A stretch of DNA of 33,516 nt, from assembly GCA_964399725.1 (NCBI GenBank), contig CAYNRW010000003.1:1-33516 (forward strand), written 5' to 3'. A program made the position numbers and the translations under genes. The stretch's first letter is position 1. Every line of letters starts with the position of its first letter. The DNA comes from an uncultured Thermococci archaeon (GTDB lineage Archaea; Methanobacteriota_B; Thermococci; Thermococcales; Thermococcaceae). Positions 8,378 to 20,049 of this stretch are shown piece after piece. The notes beneath the pieces were generated by a model. It was not told where the DNA came from. It did not search any database and was given only the letters and a program-made list of their open reading frames with translations.

Positions 8378-9388
8378 TCACCACATCTTAGGATACCAAT
8401 CCCTTGGCATAAAAACTTTCTCAACGTCAACTGCAATGCCTTTGGTTTTAGTAAACATCTCCTGCGTGTTCATCTTTGCCTTACCCAAAGCGACAAGCTC
8501 ATCCTTGAGGGTCATTATTGCAACAAGGTCACCGGGTTTTATGCCTTTATGGAGCTTTACTATCCCTGGAACTGCTAAATCAGCTCCATAAGTCACAGCA
8601 GCAACCGCGGAATCCCTTATCCACACCTTCGGAAGATGCTCTACAGCTTTTTCCATCGGCTGGATTGCTCTCCTAAAATACTCTTCAATGCCATCTTCTT
8701 TCCAAAAATAGTAGGCATCTATGAGATCATGCAAGGTGACAAGGGTTTCATCTTCCTTAAACGGTCCGCTTCTTGTTCTCCTCAGCTCGGCCATGTGCGC
8801 TCCAACTCCCAAAGCCAAACCAATATGGTGGATAAGCGAACGGATGTATGTCCCTGCCTCAACTCCCACCCTAAAGAGAACGTCCTTCCCCTCTATCTCA
8901 ATTATATCAATATAGTAAACCTTTCTCGTTCTAAGTCTTCTCTTAACGGCACTCCTTAGGGGAGGCCTTTGGATTATCTCACCTTCAAACTCCTTCATAA
9001 CCGCCCGTATTTTATCCTCTGGAACTTCACCATGAAGATGCATCAAAGCCACATACTCCTTACCTGCCGGTAAAAGTGCCTGAACAACCCTTGTGGCCCT
9101 TTCTAAAGCTACAGGCAAAACCCCAGTAACTTTTGGATCTAAAGTTCCCCCATGACCAGCTTTCTGAAGGTTTAAAAGCTTTTTAACCCATGCAACGACC
9201 TCGTGACTTGTAGGACCGGGAGGCTTGTCAAGGTTTATCACTCCAAACCGCATATGCATTTCAATAGGCCTTTTATCTGGAGGAAATCCCCATTTCGGAT
9301 TGCTCTCAGCTTTCTCGTCCTTGATAATAATTTCCCTTTTGAGATCAGCGGGAAGTATTACCTCTCGCTTTCCTTTTTTTCTACCCAT
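8378..9388 (-). CDS. cbf5: H/ACA RNA-guided pseudouridine synthase Cbf5 (TruB family)
   Basis: LDKPPGPTSHEV, GHGGTLDPKVTG (catalytic Asp), AGTYIRSL and a C-terminal PUA domain. Confidence 0.97.
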   Translation of the reverse strand: MGRKKGKREVILPADLKREIIIKDEKAESNPKWGFPPDKRPIEMHMRFGVINLDKPPGPTSHEVVAWVKKLLNLQKAGHGGTLDPKVTGVLPVALERATRVVQALLPAGKEYVALMHLHGEVPEDKIRAVMKEFEGEIIQRPPLRSAVKRRLRTRKVYYIDIIEIEGKDVLFRVGVEAGTYIRSLIHHIGLALGVGAHMAELRRTRSGPFKEDETLVTLHDLIDAYYFWKEDGIEEYFRRAIQPMEKAVEHLPKVWIRDSAVAAVTYGADLAVPGIVKLHKGIKPGDLVAIMTLKDELVALGKAKMNTQEMFTKTKGIAVDVEKVFMPRDWYPKMW

Positions 9389-9420
9389 TCTGCCCACCTA
9401 CAAAAAATTGAGAAAGGAGG

Positions 9421-9433
9421 TTATAAACCTTTA
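9421..9433 (-). promoter_or_regulatory. BRE/TATA for cbf5
   Basis: Minus strand TAAAGG-TTTATAA about 32 nt upstream of the ATG. Confidence 0.65.
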
Positions 9434-9568
9434 CAGTGCTAAACAGCCTTAGGCATACAAACACATCAACATATAATATGCCAGAAAGGCATTAAACGAC
9501 TTTCCCCATCAAAATGAGAGAGTTAAGAAAAGAAAGTGCAAAGGAGACAATGAGCAAATTGCTCAAAA

Positions 9569-9820
9569 TCACTCAAGACTTATTCCAGCCTGTTCAAGAG
9601 CGGCCTTGACAGCCTCGTCGTCGGCACCGCGCTCGATGTTAATCTTCTCCGGAAGAGGTTCAAGGTGCTTTATGTTCATCCTTCTCCTTTTAACCTTGTT
9701 TAATCCAGCACCTGTAACGAGGACGAAGTTCTTATCAATTATGTCAACAACAACTACCTTTTGTCCAGCTCTTCTTCCGGCAATAACCACAGCCAACCTT
9801 CCAACATCAATTGCTGGCAT
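9569..9820 (-). CDS. rpl14e: 50S ribosomal protein L14e (eL14)
   Basis: [22 protein letters not shown] motif, [12 protein letters not shown]. Confidence 0.97.
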   Translation of the reverse strand: MPAIDVGRLAVVIAGRRAGQKVVVVDIIDKNFVLVTGAGLNKVKRRRMNIKHLEPLPEKINIERGADDEAVKAALEQAGISLE

Positions 9821-9840
9821 TCATCCCACCTCCATCTTTT

Positions 9841-10398
9841 TTATTTCCCCGTGTCGCCATCGGGGTACAGGTGGTCGATGGCGGCCTTCACAATCGCGAA
9901 GACGCCATCGGGACCCCAATTGGCAGTGTTAATAACTAAATCATAAACTGAAAGGTCGTTAATGTCAATCCCATATAAGTTTAAATACCTTTTCCTATTC
10001 TGCATTTCTCTCTTGGCAATTTGCATAAATGCTTCTTCAACACTTATGCCCTCTCTCTTTGCTACACGTTGAGCCCTTACCTGAATCGGTGCGTCAAGCC
10101 ATATCTTTAAATCAGCCTCTTTTACCATCCATCCAGCCAAACGACCTTCTATAACCACGTTGCATTCTTTTGCCGCCTCTACTTGTCTTCTATCAACTTC
10201 CCTGTCTATTTCTGGATGCATCTCTGCATATTCTTGAAACTCCTGGAGGGACATGCCCATCTCTTTTGCCATTTGTCTAAATATCAAACCAGCGTAGACG
10301 TGCTTAAACCCATAGTACCTAGCCAGATTCTTGCAGAGAGTTGTAGTACCGCTCCCTGCTAATCCGCTCACTGTGATCACTAGGCATCCTTTGGGCAT
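9841..10398 (-). CDS. cmk: Cytidylate kinase, archaeal type
   Basis: P-loop SGLAGSGTTT, VIEGRLAGW, RYLNLYGID. Confidence 0.95.
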   Translation of the reverse strand: MPKGCLVITVSGLAGSGTTTLCKNLARYYGFKHVYAGLIFRQMAKEMGMSLQEFQEYAEMHPEIDREVDRRQVEAAKECNVVIEGRLAGWMVKEADLKIWLDAPIQVRAQRVAKREGISVEEAFMQIAKREMQNRKRYLNLYGIDINDLSVYDLVINTANWGPDGVFAIVKAAIDHLYPDGDTGK

Positions 10399-10419
10399 GG
10401 TGCATCCCTTTCGTCAAGA

Positions 10420-10686
10420 TTAGATGGCAGCCCTTACCTGAGCCTTCATAACCTTTCTCATACAGCTGGGACAGAGATGTGGATAAGGCCTTTCTGGCCT
10501 CTTCTTGGTCTTGGGAAGCTTTCTTAACTCACTTGCCCTGCCCCTTGGGATGCCGTTTAATGGTCTCCCGCACATTGCACAGTGGGCAATCTTCGGCTTC
10601 TTCCTTTCAAAGTGTATCACAGTCCTTCCACCAGGAGTTCTAACGTACTTTCTTCTCCATGATCTTGACCTGTACATTGGCTTCAT
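10420..10686 (-). CDS. rpl34e: 50S ribosomal protein L34e (eL34)
   Basis: [26 protein letters not shown]. Confidence 0.97.
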   Translation of the reverse strand: MKPMYRSRSWRRKYVRTPGGRTVIHFERKKPKIAHCAMCGRPLNGIPRGRASELRKLPKTKKRPERPYPHLCPSCMRKVMKAQVRAAI

Positions 10687-10736
10687 GCTTCTCACCCCGC
10701 TTAGCTTTTTTGTCAAGCGTTTTTAAATTTAACTAA

Positions 10737-11261
10737 TTATGACTCCAAGAGCTTCCTTAAAACCTGTCCGACAACCATTGATGTCAAGATGTACCATCCA
10801 ATATACCCTAGCTCGTTGGCTTGGAGGGAGGAGTGGTAAAATCCGTGGAACCAGTCAAAAAGGAAAAAGTTAAACGGTGATTTCACGATTGCCGTTTCAA
10901 CATACCACCTTCTCATCCATCCGAAGAATATGAGGAATATCGGCATTGTAAAGAGCATTGGCTTAAACATTGAGTCCTTCATAACTTCATTTTGAAGCTT
11001 TAAAAGCTCTAATTGTTTTTGTTGAAGCTTTCTCAATTTTTTCTCGTCCTTAGCCTTTTGGGCCTCTTTCCACTCCTTCTGAAATTCCCTGCTCATTTTT
11101 TGCAGTTTTTTCATTTTTTCCTGGTCTATCAGCAGGTGATTGACTAGTGTGAAAAAGCCCCCAAGTATAATTCCAGAAATTGTTACCACCCACATGGGGT
11201 GAGCATTTGTTACCAAAGGCCCAAATACTTTATCAAGTGCGAGATACACTCCTTCAAGCAT
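10737..11261 (-). CDS. DUF106 / EMC3-TMCO1-like (Oxa1 superfamily) membrane protein
   Basis: Transmembrane helix, charged coiled coil, FKPMLFT, C-terminal GWYILTS...LRKLL; conserved position after adk. Confidence 0.9.
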   Translation of the reverse strand: MLEGVYLALDKVFGPLVTNAHPMWVVTISGIILGGFFTLVNHLLIDQEKMKKLQKMSREFQKEWKEAQKAKDEKKLRKLQQKQLELLKLQNEVMKDSMFKPMLFTMPIFLIFFGWMRRWYVETAIVKSPFNFFLFDWFHGFYHSSLQANELGYIGWYILTSMVVGQVLRKLLES

Positions 11262-11844
11262 CTTCACTCACCGCCAGATCAAGTATTTTTACCAACTCAT
11301 TAACGGCCTCTTCTAAACCTTTATCCTCATGATTTTCAATTATCTTTATAAGTGCATTGGAATGCATTGCATAGCTTATCGCAGCAGCCCTATTTAAATC
11401 TTGATGTCTCTGAATTTGCTCTTCAGTCTCGACGTCTCTGTCTCTCTTGAGGTCTCTTAGCCTTCTTCCCAGTATTTCATTGGGTGTTGCCTCTATTATA
11501 ACAACAAATCGCGGGTTTATAACCTCAATTACCTCCTTAGGAAAGCCAAGCATGTATCCCAAAGGTGTTTTTATTGTGGCATGAGTATCAAGCAGTACTG
11601 GCTCTTCTCTAGATATCTCAAGAATTCTTTGAGCAGCTTTGAGTTGCAGTTCCCTCTGCACCTTTAAGCTTAGTTTTCTCATTTCGTCTCTATGAGTAAC
11701 TAGCTTGGCCTTGAGGGCTTCCTCGAACATTATATCTCCAAAGTTAACTACCCTGAATTTTGCTCGGGTTCTTTTCAAGGCCAGTTTTGTGATTGTGCTC
11801 TTTCCTACCCCAGGAATTCCCGTAATGACCACCACAAATGACAT
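11254..11844 (-). CDS. adkA: Adenylate kinase, archaeal type
   Basis: [36 protein letters not shown]. Confidence 0.96.
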   Translation of the reverse strand: MSFVVVITGIPGVGKSTITKLALKRTRAKFRVVNFGDIMFEEALKAKLVTHRDEMRKLSLKVQRELQLKAAQRILEISREEPVLLDTHATIKTPLGYMLGFPKEVIEVINPRFVVIIEATPNEILGRRLRDLKRDRDVETEEQIQRHQDLNRAAAISYAMHSNALIKIIENHEDKGLEEAVNELVKILDLAVSEDA

Positions 11845-11897
11845 CCCCTACCACCTTGATCAAAACTCGCACTCCAGAGAATACAAAGAAAAATTGG

Positions 11898-11912
11898 TTT
11901 ATAAGGTTTTTT
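11898..11912 (-). promoter_or_regulatory. Internal BRE/TATA upstream of adkA
   Basis: Minus strand AAAAAACC-TTATAAA in the 93-nt secY-adk gap, preceded by a T-rich tract after the secY stop. Confidence 0.65.
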
Positions 11913-11937
11913 GGAAAATGAAGACAAAAAGAGAAAC

Positions 11938-13323
11938 TCAACTAAAGAACCTGCGCAGTGCTGGGAACATCTCAGTGGCTTGTTCCCTTGCTATTTCTTC
12001 ATAAAACCTGTAGAGTATACCCACTGTAAGCAGTATTCCAGTTCCAGTTCCTAGCGCTCCAAGAAAGTCCGCCAATACTGCAACAACAGCTAGGGTAAAT
12101 GCTCCCCAGAATGTAACGTAGGGGATATATCTCTGCAAGACCCTTTCCAATATTCTTGGATCCCTTCTAAAGCCTGGTATCTGCAACCCGGCTCTTTGCA
12201 GTTGCCGTGCAATACTTCTTGCGTCAAGCCCAGTGAGCTCAACCCAGAGGAATCCAAAGATAAGAGAGAACGTTATGGTGAGTATGGCATAAACCAAAGC
12301 TCTCAGGGGGTCGGCTGTAACGCTGAATATGTCTCTAGGCGGTAGAACGTATCTTACAAATCCAGAAACTGCTACTCCAGTTTCGTCAAAAGTTCCAAGG
12401 ATTGGATGGCCAAGTCTTTGTAAAAGCCTAGCCCAGAGCTGAATATTCGCATAGAGGGCAAAAGTCAAAATGATCGGGATATTGCTGACATACATGAATC
12501 TTATTGGATACCTCCCTCTAACAGTTACCCTTCCATAACTGAGAGGAATCTCCACACGCATGCTTTCTAGGTAGACAACTATCAGGAAGATGACTATTGT
12601 TGCTAAGACACTTAACATATCCGGAAGTCCCCTTCTGTAAAGAGCTCCTGTAACGTCACCTTTAATTATGTGCTGAATAAACGCCGGAATGGCACCTATT
12701 ATGGCAGGACCGCCTGTTAGTGGATCTATAGCTTGATTTGTTGTTAATGGGTTAAGTGCCCTCGTAATAATTGTCTGTGAAACTCCTGCAGCGATGAAAA
12801 GACTTATACCGCTACCAATTCCCCACTTGCTTACGAGCTCATCCATAATCATTACCATTATTCCACCAAAAGCAAGCTGGAGCATAAGGAGTACCTTGAT
12901 TGTTAATGTGGGATTTCCAAATGCACCTGCAAATACGTAAACAGCTGCCTCGAAGAAGCACATAAATACTGCAAACACCTTCTGCAGAGCTTGATAAAAC
13001 CTTCTGTCCTCAGGGTTTGAGAGATCGAGCTTTATTATTTCTGAACCCACTAAGAGTTGCATGATAATTCCAGCAGTAACTATGGGACCTATTCCCAAGG
13101 TTAATAGACTACCGTTTCTACCAGCAAGCACTACTCTTAAAGTCTGGAAATAGTCCTGTATTTGGCCAGGAATCCCAAAAAGAGGTATCTGTGCCATGAT
13201 AAAATACAACAGCAATGCAACTCCTGTCCACGCGAATTTTTCCTTTAGAGGCACGTGCCTCTTTGGCCTTTCAATCTCTGGAAATACATGCTCTATCTTG
13301 TAAACTATTTCCCTTGCTCCCAT
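11938..13323 (-). CDS. secY: Protein translocase subunit SecY
   Basis: [46 protein letters not shown]; multipass hydrophobic protein. Confidence 0.98.
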   Translation of the reverse strand: MGAREIVYKIEHVFPEIERPKRHVPLKEKFAWTGVALLLYFIMAQIPLFGIPGQIQDYFQTLRVVLAGRNGSLLTLGIGPIVTAGIIMQLLVGSEIIKLDLSNPEDRRFYQALQKVFAVFMCFFEAAVYVFAGAFGNPTLTIKVLLMLQLAFGGIMVMIMDELVSKWGIGSGISLFIAAGVSQTIITRALNPLTTNQAIDPLTGGPAIIGAIPAFIQHIIKGDVTGALYRRGLPDMLSVLATIVIFLIVVYLESMRVEIPLSYGRVTVRGRYPIRFMYVSNIPIILTFALYANIQLWARLLQRLGHPILGTFDETGVAVSGFVRYVLPPRDIFSVTADPLRALVYAILTITFSLIFGFLWVELTGLDARSIARQLQRAGLQIPGFRRDPRILERVLQRYIPYVTFWGAFTLAVVAVLADFLGALGTGTGILLTVGILYRFYEEIAREQATEMFPALRRFFS

Positions 13324-13362
13324 GGATTACACCTCAAAGACAATTTATTCAAAAAGAAAAAA

Positions 13363-13806
13363 TCAGGCAAGGAGGGCCTCTCCTCCAGCTTTAGTTATTT
13401 TCTCTTCAGCCTTGGGGGAGAATGCCCTAGCCTTAATTACGAGTGGCTTTGTAAGTTTCCCGGCTCCAAGAACTTTATCGGCAAATTGAGTGGTATCAAC
13501 AATGATTCTTCCCTCTTCCTCATAGGCAATGCCAAGCTGCATAAGTTCATCAAGGTGTTCATCAATGAATTTGAGGTTTACTGCAGTTATCTCCCTTTGA
13601 GCTTCTATGGGCCTCTTGAAACCTCTTTTGCCTAGGTGATCGGGAGCATATTTGATAACCCATGTCCATTTTGTCTTCTTCCTTTTTCCTGTTCCAGCCA
13701 TACCTCTACCGCCCTTGTGCCCTCCACCACGGTGCTTCTTTTTGCATCCCCATCCATGAGTGTGGGAACCGCGAAGTTTTCTCACCTTCTTTTTCCTTCT
13801 AATCAT
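13363..13806 (-). CDS. rpl15: 50S ribosomal protein L15 (uL15)
   Basis: RGSHTHGWG...GGRGMAG, KVLGAG. Confidence 0.97.
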   Translation of the reverse strand: MIRRKKKVRKLRGSHTHGWGCKKKHRGGGHKGGRGMAGTGKRKKTKWTWVIKYAPDHLGKRGFKRPIEAQREITAVNLKFIDEHLDELMQLGIAYEEEGRIIVDTTQFADKVLGAGKLTKPLVIKARAFSPKAEEKITKAGGEALLA

Positions 13807-13816
13807 TTCTCGCACC

Positions 13817-14281
13817 TCACAGCATTCTCTCTATAAGCTCATTAACCGCCTCTCCTCTATATCCCAAAGCTCCGCCCTCTTTGAAAGTTCTCTTCTTGCT
13901 CCTGATGCCACCCCTTGCTGGATGAAGTCTAAAAACAGGCTTAAGCCCTGGTAAGTCGCTGAGCTTCATTTCTCCGTTGATGACCTTTTCGGCGAATTCT
14001 TTAATACTCATACCAAGTTTTTCTTGAACATAGTCCTCTGTAACCCTCTTGTTTCCTTGAAGTCTTCCTCTCTTCTCTATGAGCTTTGCTAAGGTTTCAG
14101 CGTTTATCTCTCCCCAAGTGATGTAATCCTTCACCTTCTGTATCATGCCCTTATAGCTCGGAGTATCATCAACAATCACAAGGTGGTTTACCTTGTGAAG
14201 TCTTAGCATTGCAAGGGTGTCCTTTACGGGCCTCTTGACATTTACTCTGCCTCTTATCCTAATCAAAGCAAGTTTTGCCAT
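13817..14281 (-). CDS. rpl30: 50S ribosomal protein L30 (uL30)
   Basis: [30 protein letters not shown]. Confidence 0.97.
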   Translation of the reverse strand: MAKLALIRIRGRVNVKRPVKDTLAMLRLHKVNHLVIVDDTPSYKGMIQKVKDYITWGEINAETLAKLIEKRGRLQGNKRVTEDYVQEKLGMSIKEFAEKVINGEMKLSDLPGLKPVFRLHPARGGIRSKKRTFKEGGALGYRGEAVNELIERML

Positions 14282-14292
14282 CCTCGATCACC

Positions 14293-15000
14293 TCACAGTT
14301 CAAAGTTCTGTGGCATTTCTCTACCAACCACTATACCATAGCGCTCGATCATCTCGGGCTTTACAGCGATACTGTTGGTGTTGTAGAGTGCCTCAAAAAC
14401 TGCCTTCGCAAAGTTAACTGTAGTTCTTGTTTCACCTAATGTTTGTGACCATACGTCCTTAACTCCTGCCAAGCTGAGTATCTTTTTACCAACGTCACCA
14501 ATGACAAGGCCAAGTCCTCTAGGTCCTGGCATGAGTTTTACTTTCACGCTACCGCTTTTACCTTCAACGGCGAATGGGATTGAGTGCGGTCTCCTACACC
14601 TGCACTCCCATGAACCACAGCCTCTTTTGATCTCAATTATGTTCATCTTTGCATAGTTGATTGCCTTTCTAATGGCTGTTCCAACTTCCCTTCCGTGGCC
14701 AATGCCAAGTCCTACGTAGCCATCTCTATTTCCTACTGCCGCCAGCACCCTAAACCTAACTCTTCTACCGCTGTCTGTCATTCTCACTGTTAAGGCTATG
14801 TCAAGCACTTCTTGGTTTTCTCTTGCGTTGACCTCAGGGAGAAGTACATCAACTATTTCTGGTTCCTTTATTTGGTAACCCTTTCTAAAGATCTCGTGAA
14901 TGTCGGTTATCTGCCCTTCCTTAACGAGCATGCCGAGTTTTGTCTTGGGTTGCCATTCTTCTAATACTCTTTGAGCGTATTCCTTCCAATCCTGGCTCAT
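14293..15000 (-). CDS. rps5: 30S ribosomal protein S5 (uS5)
   Basis: [29 protein letters not shown]. Confidence 0.98.
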   Translation of the reverse strand: MSQDWKEYAQRVLEEWQPKTKLGMLVKEGQITDIHEIFRKGYQIKEPEIVDVLLPEVNARENQEVLDIALTVRMTDSGRRVRFRVLAAVGNRDGYVGLGIGHGREVGTAIRKAINYAKMNIIEIKRGCGSWECRCRRPHSIPFAVEGKSGSVKVKLMPGPRGLGLVIGDVGKKILSLAGVKDVWSQTLGETRTTVNFAKAVFEALYNTNSIAVKPEMIERYGIVVGREMPQNFEL

Positions 15001-15602
15001 GCTCTCACCTTCTCAAATTTCTCAATGATTCTCGCCTTAACCTCTTCAAAGTGCTCGGGAAGTCTTTCAGGTTCAAGTCCCCTCACAAGATACCCTCCAA
15101 ACTGTCTTCTGTACTTCTCTTCGTCTTCCTCTTTAAGCATCTTCGCATACTCAGCAATGTGTTCTCCTTTAATTCTGTCTTCTCCTGGATAGATTTCCTC
15201 GCTGTGTGGAACATCTAAACCTGCATCTACAGCTCCCTTGAGGACTGCAAAGATACTTGATCCTCTAGTGGGTGGATGAAGACCAATGTCAAGGATAGCC
15301 TCCTCTATACCCTTTTTAAGAGCTTTGTATCCAATGAGCAGTCCAAGGAGATAAGCGCTTGGGGTATTTCCACCGTGCCCCTTCCATCCAAAGTCTCTCA
15401 TGAGTTCTCTTGTGTGAGCTGAAACAACTGTCTTATCTCCTTTTGAATCGTAAAGCACTATCTGGGCTATATGATGGTTGAGAGTTTTTCTCACAACTAG
15501 CCTTGGCTTGCCTGATTTGAGGAGAGCAAGTCTCTTGTGATAGTTAGTTTTGCCCTCTCTTCTCCTTCTGAATGGAACCCTATATCTTGGTCCATGTGCC
15601 AT
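14997..15602 (-). CDS. rpl18: 50S ribosomal protein L18 (uL18)
   Basis: [23 protein letters not shown]. Confidence 0.98.
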   Translation of the reverse strand: MAHGPRYRVPFRRRREGKTNYHKRLALLKSGKPRLVVRKTLNHHIAQIVLYDSKGDKTVVSAHTRELMRDFGWKGHGGNTPSAYLLGLLIGYKALKKGIEEAILDIGLHPPTRGSSIFAVLKGAVDAGLDVPHSEEIYPGEDRIKGEHIAEYAKMLKEEDEEKYRRQFGGYLVRGLEPERLPEHFEEVKARIIEKFEKVRA

Positions 15603-15607
15603 TTATA

Positions 15608-16054
15608 TCACCTCTTCAATATGCCTTTTTCTTCCATGAACAGGTAAAGCTGGTGTTTACTCTTGAATTGCCCACCCTTGGCTCTTATGTAAAGATTGCG
15701 GTAGGTGTGTTCGTCAATCTTCTTCTCTGCCTTGAGCTTTCTAAGCTCCTTTCTAAGGGCCCTAATTGTCATCATCCATCTCTCCTTCTTGCCCATTCTT
15801 GCCGTCTTTTTGCCCTTTCTGCTTCCATGTCCCCTGTGCCTTCCCTTCTTCCTTGCTTCTTGCCTAAGCTTTGCCCTGTATCTGCTTTGTCCTTTAATTG
15901 GCTTTTTCTTGATGACACCCTCGTTTATAAGTCTTTTAATATCCTCCCTAGTGATAGCGGACTTAACATCATCAATTCTTTCGGGATCTATCCAAACCCT
16001 ATTCTCGCCACATTTCAAAAGTTCAGCGGCAATCCTTCTCTGCATCTTGAGCAT
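15608..16054 (-). CDS. rpl19e: 50S ribosomal protein L19e (eL19)
   Basis: [33 protein letters not shown]. Confidence 0.97.
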   Translation of the reverse strand: MLKMQRRIAAELLKCGENRVWIDPERIDDVKSAITREDIKRLINEGVIKKKPIKGQSRYRAKLRQEARKKGRHRGHGSRKGKKTARMGKKERWMMTIRALRKELRKLKAEKKIDEHTYRNLYIRAKGGQFKSKHQLYLFMEEKGILKR

Positions 16055-16059
16055 AACCT

Positions 16060-16440
16060 TCACCTCGCGTTGAGCACCTTAATACCCAGTTCCTTAGCTC
16101 TCTCAATTATCATGAGTCTCTTCCTCTTTCCGACTGTCCCAGCTATCCTAGCGGCTTGTCTTGTTGGGTCTATCGTCTCCAGCTCCTTAACGTTGTGTAC
16201 AAGAACTTCCTCGTAACCGCTTGGATGAAGGCCCCTAACTGCTCTGGGTGAGCTCCATCCAATGCTGGGTGATCTAGCTTTTCCTTTAAGCTTTAGTCTC
16301 ATTTTACTGTCAATTCCCTTTGGTCTTCTCCACTTGGGGTCATTCTTAAACTTGGGAAACCTCCACCATTCCTGTCTAAGAAACTTGGGTTTTTTCCTTT
16401 TGAGTTTAGCCCTTATTCTTAAGAGTCTCGCTTTTTCCAT
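16060..16440 (-). CDS. rpl32e: 50S ribosomal protein L32e (eL32)
   Basis: [20 protein letters not shown]. Confidence 0.97.
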   Translation of the reverse strand: MEKARLLRIRAKLKRKKPKFLRQEWWRFPKFKNDPKWRRPKGIDSKMRLKLKGKARSPSIGWSSPRAVRGLHPSGYEEVLVHNVKELETIDPTRQAARIAGTVGKRKRLMIIERAKELGIKVLNAR

Positions 16441-16450
16441 CAGTCTCACC

Positions 16451-17005
16451 TCAGAACCTTATAGGTTTACCAGCCTTTTCAATAATGTAAATACCATCTT
16501 GGAAAACTCTCCTATCTCTACCGGTAATTCTTGTTGCCTGTTCGATGTTTGCCGCAGTCTGTCCAACTTTTTCTTTGTCAATACCTTCCACTATTATTTC
16601 GCTACCCATGACCTTTACTGTAACCCCTGGGAGTATCTCAGCTATTCTAGGTGCTTTTTCACCGAGGAAGTTCTCTATATAAACCTTGTTTCCTTGAACC
16701 TTGACTGTTACCGGGAAGTGACTGTAAACGACCTTAAGCTTGTAAGTGAACCCTTCCGTAACGCCTTTGATCATGTTTGCTATGTGAGACTTGAAAGTTC
16801 TTGCAATAGCTATGTCCTTCCTCCTTGGAAAGTCCTTGTAGACAACTACCTTGCCGTCTTCAGTGAATATCTTGATCCCCGGATAGCTGAGCTCCCTCTC
16901 AACTTCTCCTTTTGGCCCCTTTACCTTGACAAGGCTACCAGTTATCTCGACCGTGACCCCTTCTGGAATCTCAACTTCTTCCCTCACCCATGCATCAATT
17001 GGCAT
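16451..17005 (-). CDS. rpl6: 50S ribosomal protein L6 (uL6)
   Basis: [24 protein letters not shown]. Confidence 0.97.
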   Translation of the reverse strand: MPIDAWVREEVEIPEGVTVEITGSLVKVKGPKGEVERELSYPGIKIFTEDGKVVVYKDFPRRKDIAIARTFKSHIANMIKGVTEGFTYKLKVVYSHFPVTVKVQGNKVYIENFLGEKAPRIAEILPGVTVKVMGSEIIVEGIDKEKVGQTAANIEQATRITGRDRRVFQDGIYIIEKAGKPIRF

Positions 17006-17015
17006 CTCTCTCACC

Positions 17016-17408
17016 TCAGTAAACGTAGGCTATTAACCTTCCACCAATGCCCTTCTCAAGGGCCTCCTTGTGTGTCATAATCCCTTGGGATGTGGAAACT
17101 ATTAGAATACCAAACTCGAATGCTGGAAGGAACCTCTTTTCCCACTTTTCATACTCCCTGGCTTTTACTGAGAACCTCGGTTTTATTGCCCCGGCTTTGT
17201 TTATCTTTCCTAAGAGCTGAACCCTGTATATGCCAGCCCTTCCATCATCGATAAACTCAAACTCACCTATGTATCCGTTCTCTTGCATAACCCTAAGTAC
17301 CTCTCCAATAAGCTTTGAAGCCGGTTTTATGTAAATCTCTTTCTTTCCAACTCTCTCGCTGTTTGTAATGTGAGATAAAGCATTTGCCAAAGGATCCAAC
17401 AGAGTCAT
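17016..17408 (-). CDS. rps8: 30S ribosomal protein S8 (uS8)
   Basis: [27 protein letters not shown]. Confidence 0.98.
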   Translation of the reverse strand: MTLLDPLANALSHITNSERVGKKEIYIKPASKLIGEVLRVMQENGYIGEFEFIDDGRAGIYRVQLLGKINKAGAIKPRFSVKAREYEKWEKRFLPAFEFGILIVSTSQGIMTHKEALEKGIGGRLIAYVY

Positions 17409-17419
17409 ATCATCTCACC

Positions 17420-17590
17420 TCACTCGTATTTCTTAAATCCTAATTTTGGAGCTACCTCTCTAAAGCAGTGCCTGCAGAGCATTAGTCCATGTATTCTAAC
17501 TATTGGTCCAAACTGTCCACACCTAATGCACCTTCTCGCGCCCTTACCAAACTTTCTTGGCTTTCTCTTGTTATAATCAGCCTTCGCCAT
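17420..17590 (-). CDS. rps14: 30S ribosomal protein S14 (uS14, zinc type), 56 aa, not in the ORF track
   Basis: Manual translation [56 protein letters not shown]; expected position between L5 and S8. Confidence 0.97.
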   Translation of the reverse strand: MAKADYNKRKPRKFGKGARRCIRCGQFGPIVRIHGLMLCRHCFREVAPKLGFKKYE

Positions 17591-17592
17591 AA

Positions 17593-18144
17593 TCATCCCT
17601 CCACAATCTGGACTTTAAACTCTTCCTCCATGAAAACCATCCCCTCTTCCTTCGTAAGCTTGTGCCTTGTAGGGATATGGCGCCTTTTTCTTTTTCTTCT
17701 TGCAATTCTGTATCCAGGCCTTTCAAGCGTTACACAAACATCCATACCGAATATACCGATCTCTGGATCATACTCCACTCCCGGGATATTAATGTGTTCG
17801 TCAATACCAAAGCAAACGTTTCCGTGTTCGTCAAAGCTGGACTTCTTGACCCTATTGTCAATAGCGGCTAATAACCTTTTGAGCATATCATAGGCTTTTT
17901 GCCCTCTTAGGGTTACCTTAACCGCTATCGGCTCGCCTCTTCTAATTCCAAAGTCCCTGTTTGTTTTCTTTGCCTTCCTTCTTATTGGCTTTTGACCAAC
18001 AAGTGATTCTAGCATTCTCTCAGCCTTTGTAAGTCTCTCACCACTCTCACCGACACCAATGTTTATGGTGACCTTAGCTATCCTAGGTCTTCTCATAGGG
18101 TGAGCTTCCCAATCGGCCAAGATTGCCTCTCTGTTAGCTATCAT
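17593..18144 (-). CDS. rpl5: 50S ribosomal protein L5 (uL5)
   Basis: [41 protein letters not shown]. Confidence 0.98.
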   Translation of the reverse strand: MIANREAILADWEAHPMRRPRIAKVTINIGVGESGERLTKAERMLESLVGQKPIRRKAKKTNRDFGIRRGEPIAVKVTLRGQKAYDMLKRLLAAIDNRVKKSSFDEHGNVCFGIDEHINIPGVEYDPEIGIFGMDVCVTLERPGYRIARRKRKRRHIPTRHKLTKEEGMVFMEEEFKVQIVEG

Positions 18145-18155
18145 TCCTTTTCACC

Positions 18156-18902
18156 TCACGGTAATGAGATCTTTGGTTCTTCCTTACCCAACACAAACGC
18201 ATAATCCTTTAAGGTATCAAAGAGCTCTCCTTCCTTGTCCTCAATGGTAACTACGTCCGGCCATCCACCTGGGAAGTGTCGGACTTCAACGATTTTTCCT
18301 ACTCTTGCAACGTTCTTACCCTGAACAACGAACACATAAGCTCCAATTTCAAATGGAAGCACTTCAATTATTTCCCTCTCCGGAACTTTCATTAAGACGG
18401 TGTCTGAAGTCTTGAACTTGTCTTTGGTATCATCTGTGAGTGAGCTGAGCTTGACCAGGTGGTTTGTTCCATCATGGAAGTTAAGCTGCAGGTTTCCTCC
18501 CTTTACCATTCTCTTGTTGTTTACCCTTAGAGGCTTTATTTTTGCCTCTTCTTCGCTTATTGGATGGAGAATAAGCTTTCCAATTCTATTTGGAAAGACT
18601 CTATAGTGCTCCCCAGTTTCCGGAATTGATACGACATCCATAATACCAACCGGGAACTTGTAGTCTTTTCTGACCCTCCCATCTACCAATATCTTTCCTT
18701 CGTTGAGGATTTTTCTTGCTTCTCTGCCTGTCTTTGCGTATCCGAGGTAATCCCTAATTATGTAGATGAGGGGAATTGATGTTTTCATGTTGTGCGGACC
18801 TGGAGAGGGTCTTACAGCCCACTTGTATGTTTTTCTCTCAATATACCACTGAGTTGGAGCAGCAAGCCTTTTCAAGTGCTTCTTAGCACCTTTCCTCGCC
18901 AT
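18156..18902 (-). CDS. rps4e: 30S ribosomal protein S4e (eS4)
   Basis: [23 protein letters not shown]. Confidence 0.98.
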   Translation of the reverse strand: MARKGAKKHLKRLAAPTQWYIERKTYKWAVRPSPGPHNMKTSIPLIYIIRDYLGYAKTGREARKILNEGKILVDGRVRKDYKFPVGIMDVVSIPETGEHYRVFPNRIGKLILHPISEEEAKIKPLRVNNKRMVKGGNLQLNFHDGTNHLVKLSSLTDDTKDKFKTSDTVLMKVPEREIIEVLPFEIGAYVFVVQGKNVARVGKIVEVRHFPGGWPDVVTIEDKEGELFDTLKDYAFVLGKEEPKISLP

Positions 18903-18904
18903 CT

Positions 18905-19267
18905 TCAAGCCCTCCTCTCAATTATCTTTTTCCTTCTCTCATCCTCAAGATTCAGCTCAACAATCATAACGTTTGATGGGTGTATTGGGTAAAACACCTC
19001 AGTACCGTTAACCTTCCTAAGGGTTGCTCCCTCAACGTGAATTCTGTACCTTTTGAGATCAACTTCCACAACCTTTCCTTCATGCCCCTTAAAGTCCCCT
19101 CTCATTATTTTCACTTTGTCTCCAGACCTAATTGGAAGAGCTCTAATGCCATACTTCTGTCTGAGCTCTTTTGAAAGGGTAGCACTGACTATCTTGTGTC
19201 TGAGATGAAGGGGAGCATTGTACAAAAACTTCCTTTGCTTTCTTGGCTGTTTGCTCTTTAATCTCAT
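18905..19267 (-). CDS. rpl24: 50S ribosomal protein L24 (uL24)
   Basis: [24 protein letters not shown]. Confidence 0.98.
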   Translation of the reverse strand: MRLKSKQPRKQRKFLYNAPLHLRHKIVSATLSKELRQKYGIRALPIRSGDKVKIMRGDFKGHEGKVVEVDLKRYRIHVEGATLRKVNGTEVFYPIHPSNVMIVELNLEDERRKKIIERRA

Positions 19268-19277
19268 TTCTCTCACC

Positions 19278-19703
19278 TCACAATACTATGCTCGCAATGC
19301 TTCCTACTCTAACCCATTTTTCAGCGGCTTCTCTCGCAACGGGTCCTCTAACCTCAGTCCCTCTTGGAACACCTTCAGGTGTTGTAATGACTGCTGCGTT
19401 GTCTTCAAATTTCACTCTCATCCCATCGAGCCTCTTGTACTCTTTCCTCTGCCTCACGATAACTGCTCTAACAACTTGGTGTCTCATGTCTGGCCTTCCC
19501 TTCTTTACCGTTGCAACTACCATGTCACCAACACCCGCTGAAGCAAGTCTCCTCCTAACGCCTTTGTAGCCTACCACTCCAATTATCTGGATTATCTTTG
19601 CCCCCGAGTTATCTGCCACCTTGAGATAAGCACCGATTGGTAGTGCTCTTGTAGGTCTAACTGGAGAAATACCCCTTGTAGCACCAGCACCTTTCTTTGC
19701 CAT
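19278..19703 (-). CDS. rpl14: 50S ribosomal protein L14 (uL14)
   Basis: [24 protein letters not shown]. Confidence 0.98.
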   Translation of the reverse strand: MAKKGAGATRGISPVRPTRALPIGAYLKVADNSGAKIIQIIGVVGYKGVRRRLASAGVGDMVVATVKKGRPDMRHQVVRAVIVRQRKEYKRLDGMRVKFEDNAAVITTPEGVPRGTEVRGPVAREAAEKWVRVGSIASIVL

Positions 19704-19708
19704 TATCT

Positions 19709-20044
19709 TCACCTCTCCTCAGCTTTTTGAGTAACTGCAATAACTACAAAGCTTTTTGTCTTGCTAAGTGGTCTGGTTTCGGCTATGATAACTTTGTCCC
19801 CCGGCTTTGCGTTTATGCATGGTGGGTTGTGGGCATGTATTCTGCTCCTTCTAAGCTCGTAACGCTCGTATTTCTTTAAGTAGTGATAGTGCTGCCTCTC
19901 TACGGTAACCGTACGTCTTGGCTTGTCGCTAATAACAACTCCCTCAAAAACTCTACCGTGTATTTTAATGTGTCCGTGCCATGGACACTTTGGATCATTA
20001 CACTTCTCTGCGGGAGGTTGTATCCTCAATCCAATGTCTCTCAT
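19709..20044 (-). CDS. rps17: 30S ribosomal protein S17 (uS17)
   Basis: [24 protein letters not shown]. Confidence 0.98.
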   Translation of the reverse strand: MRDIGLRIQPPAEKCNDPKCPWHGHIKIHGRVFEGVVISDKPRRTVTVERQHYHYLKKYERYELRRSRIHAHNPPCINAKPGDKVIIAETRPLSKTKSFVVIAVTQKAEER

Positions 20045-20049
20045 CTTTT

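Noticed and set aside
9434-9568. H/ACA or C/D guide RNA next to cbf5
   Set aside because: The region is AT-rich, with no long GC hairpin, K-loop or paired C/D boxes visible.
15572-17080. Long plus-strand ORFs (214 aa and 272 aa) antisense to L19e, L32e and L6
   Set aside because: They are shadow frames of highly conserved r-protein genes, with Ser/Leu/Phe-rich composition and no recognisable motif, SD or promoter.
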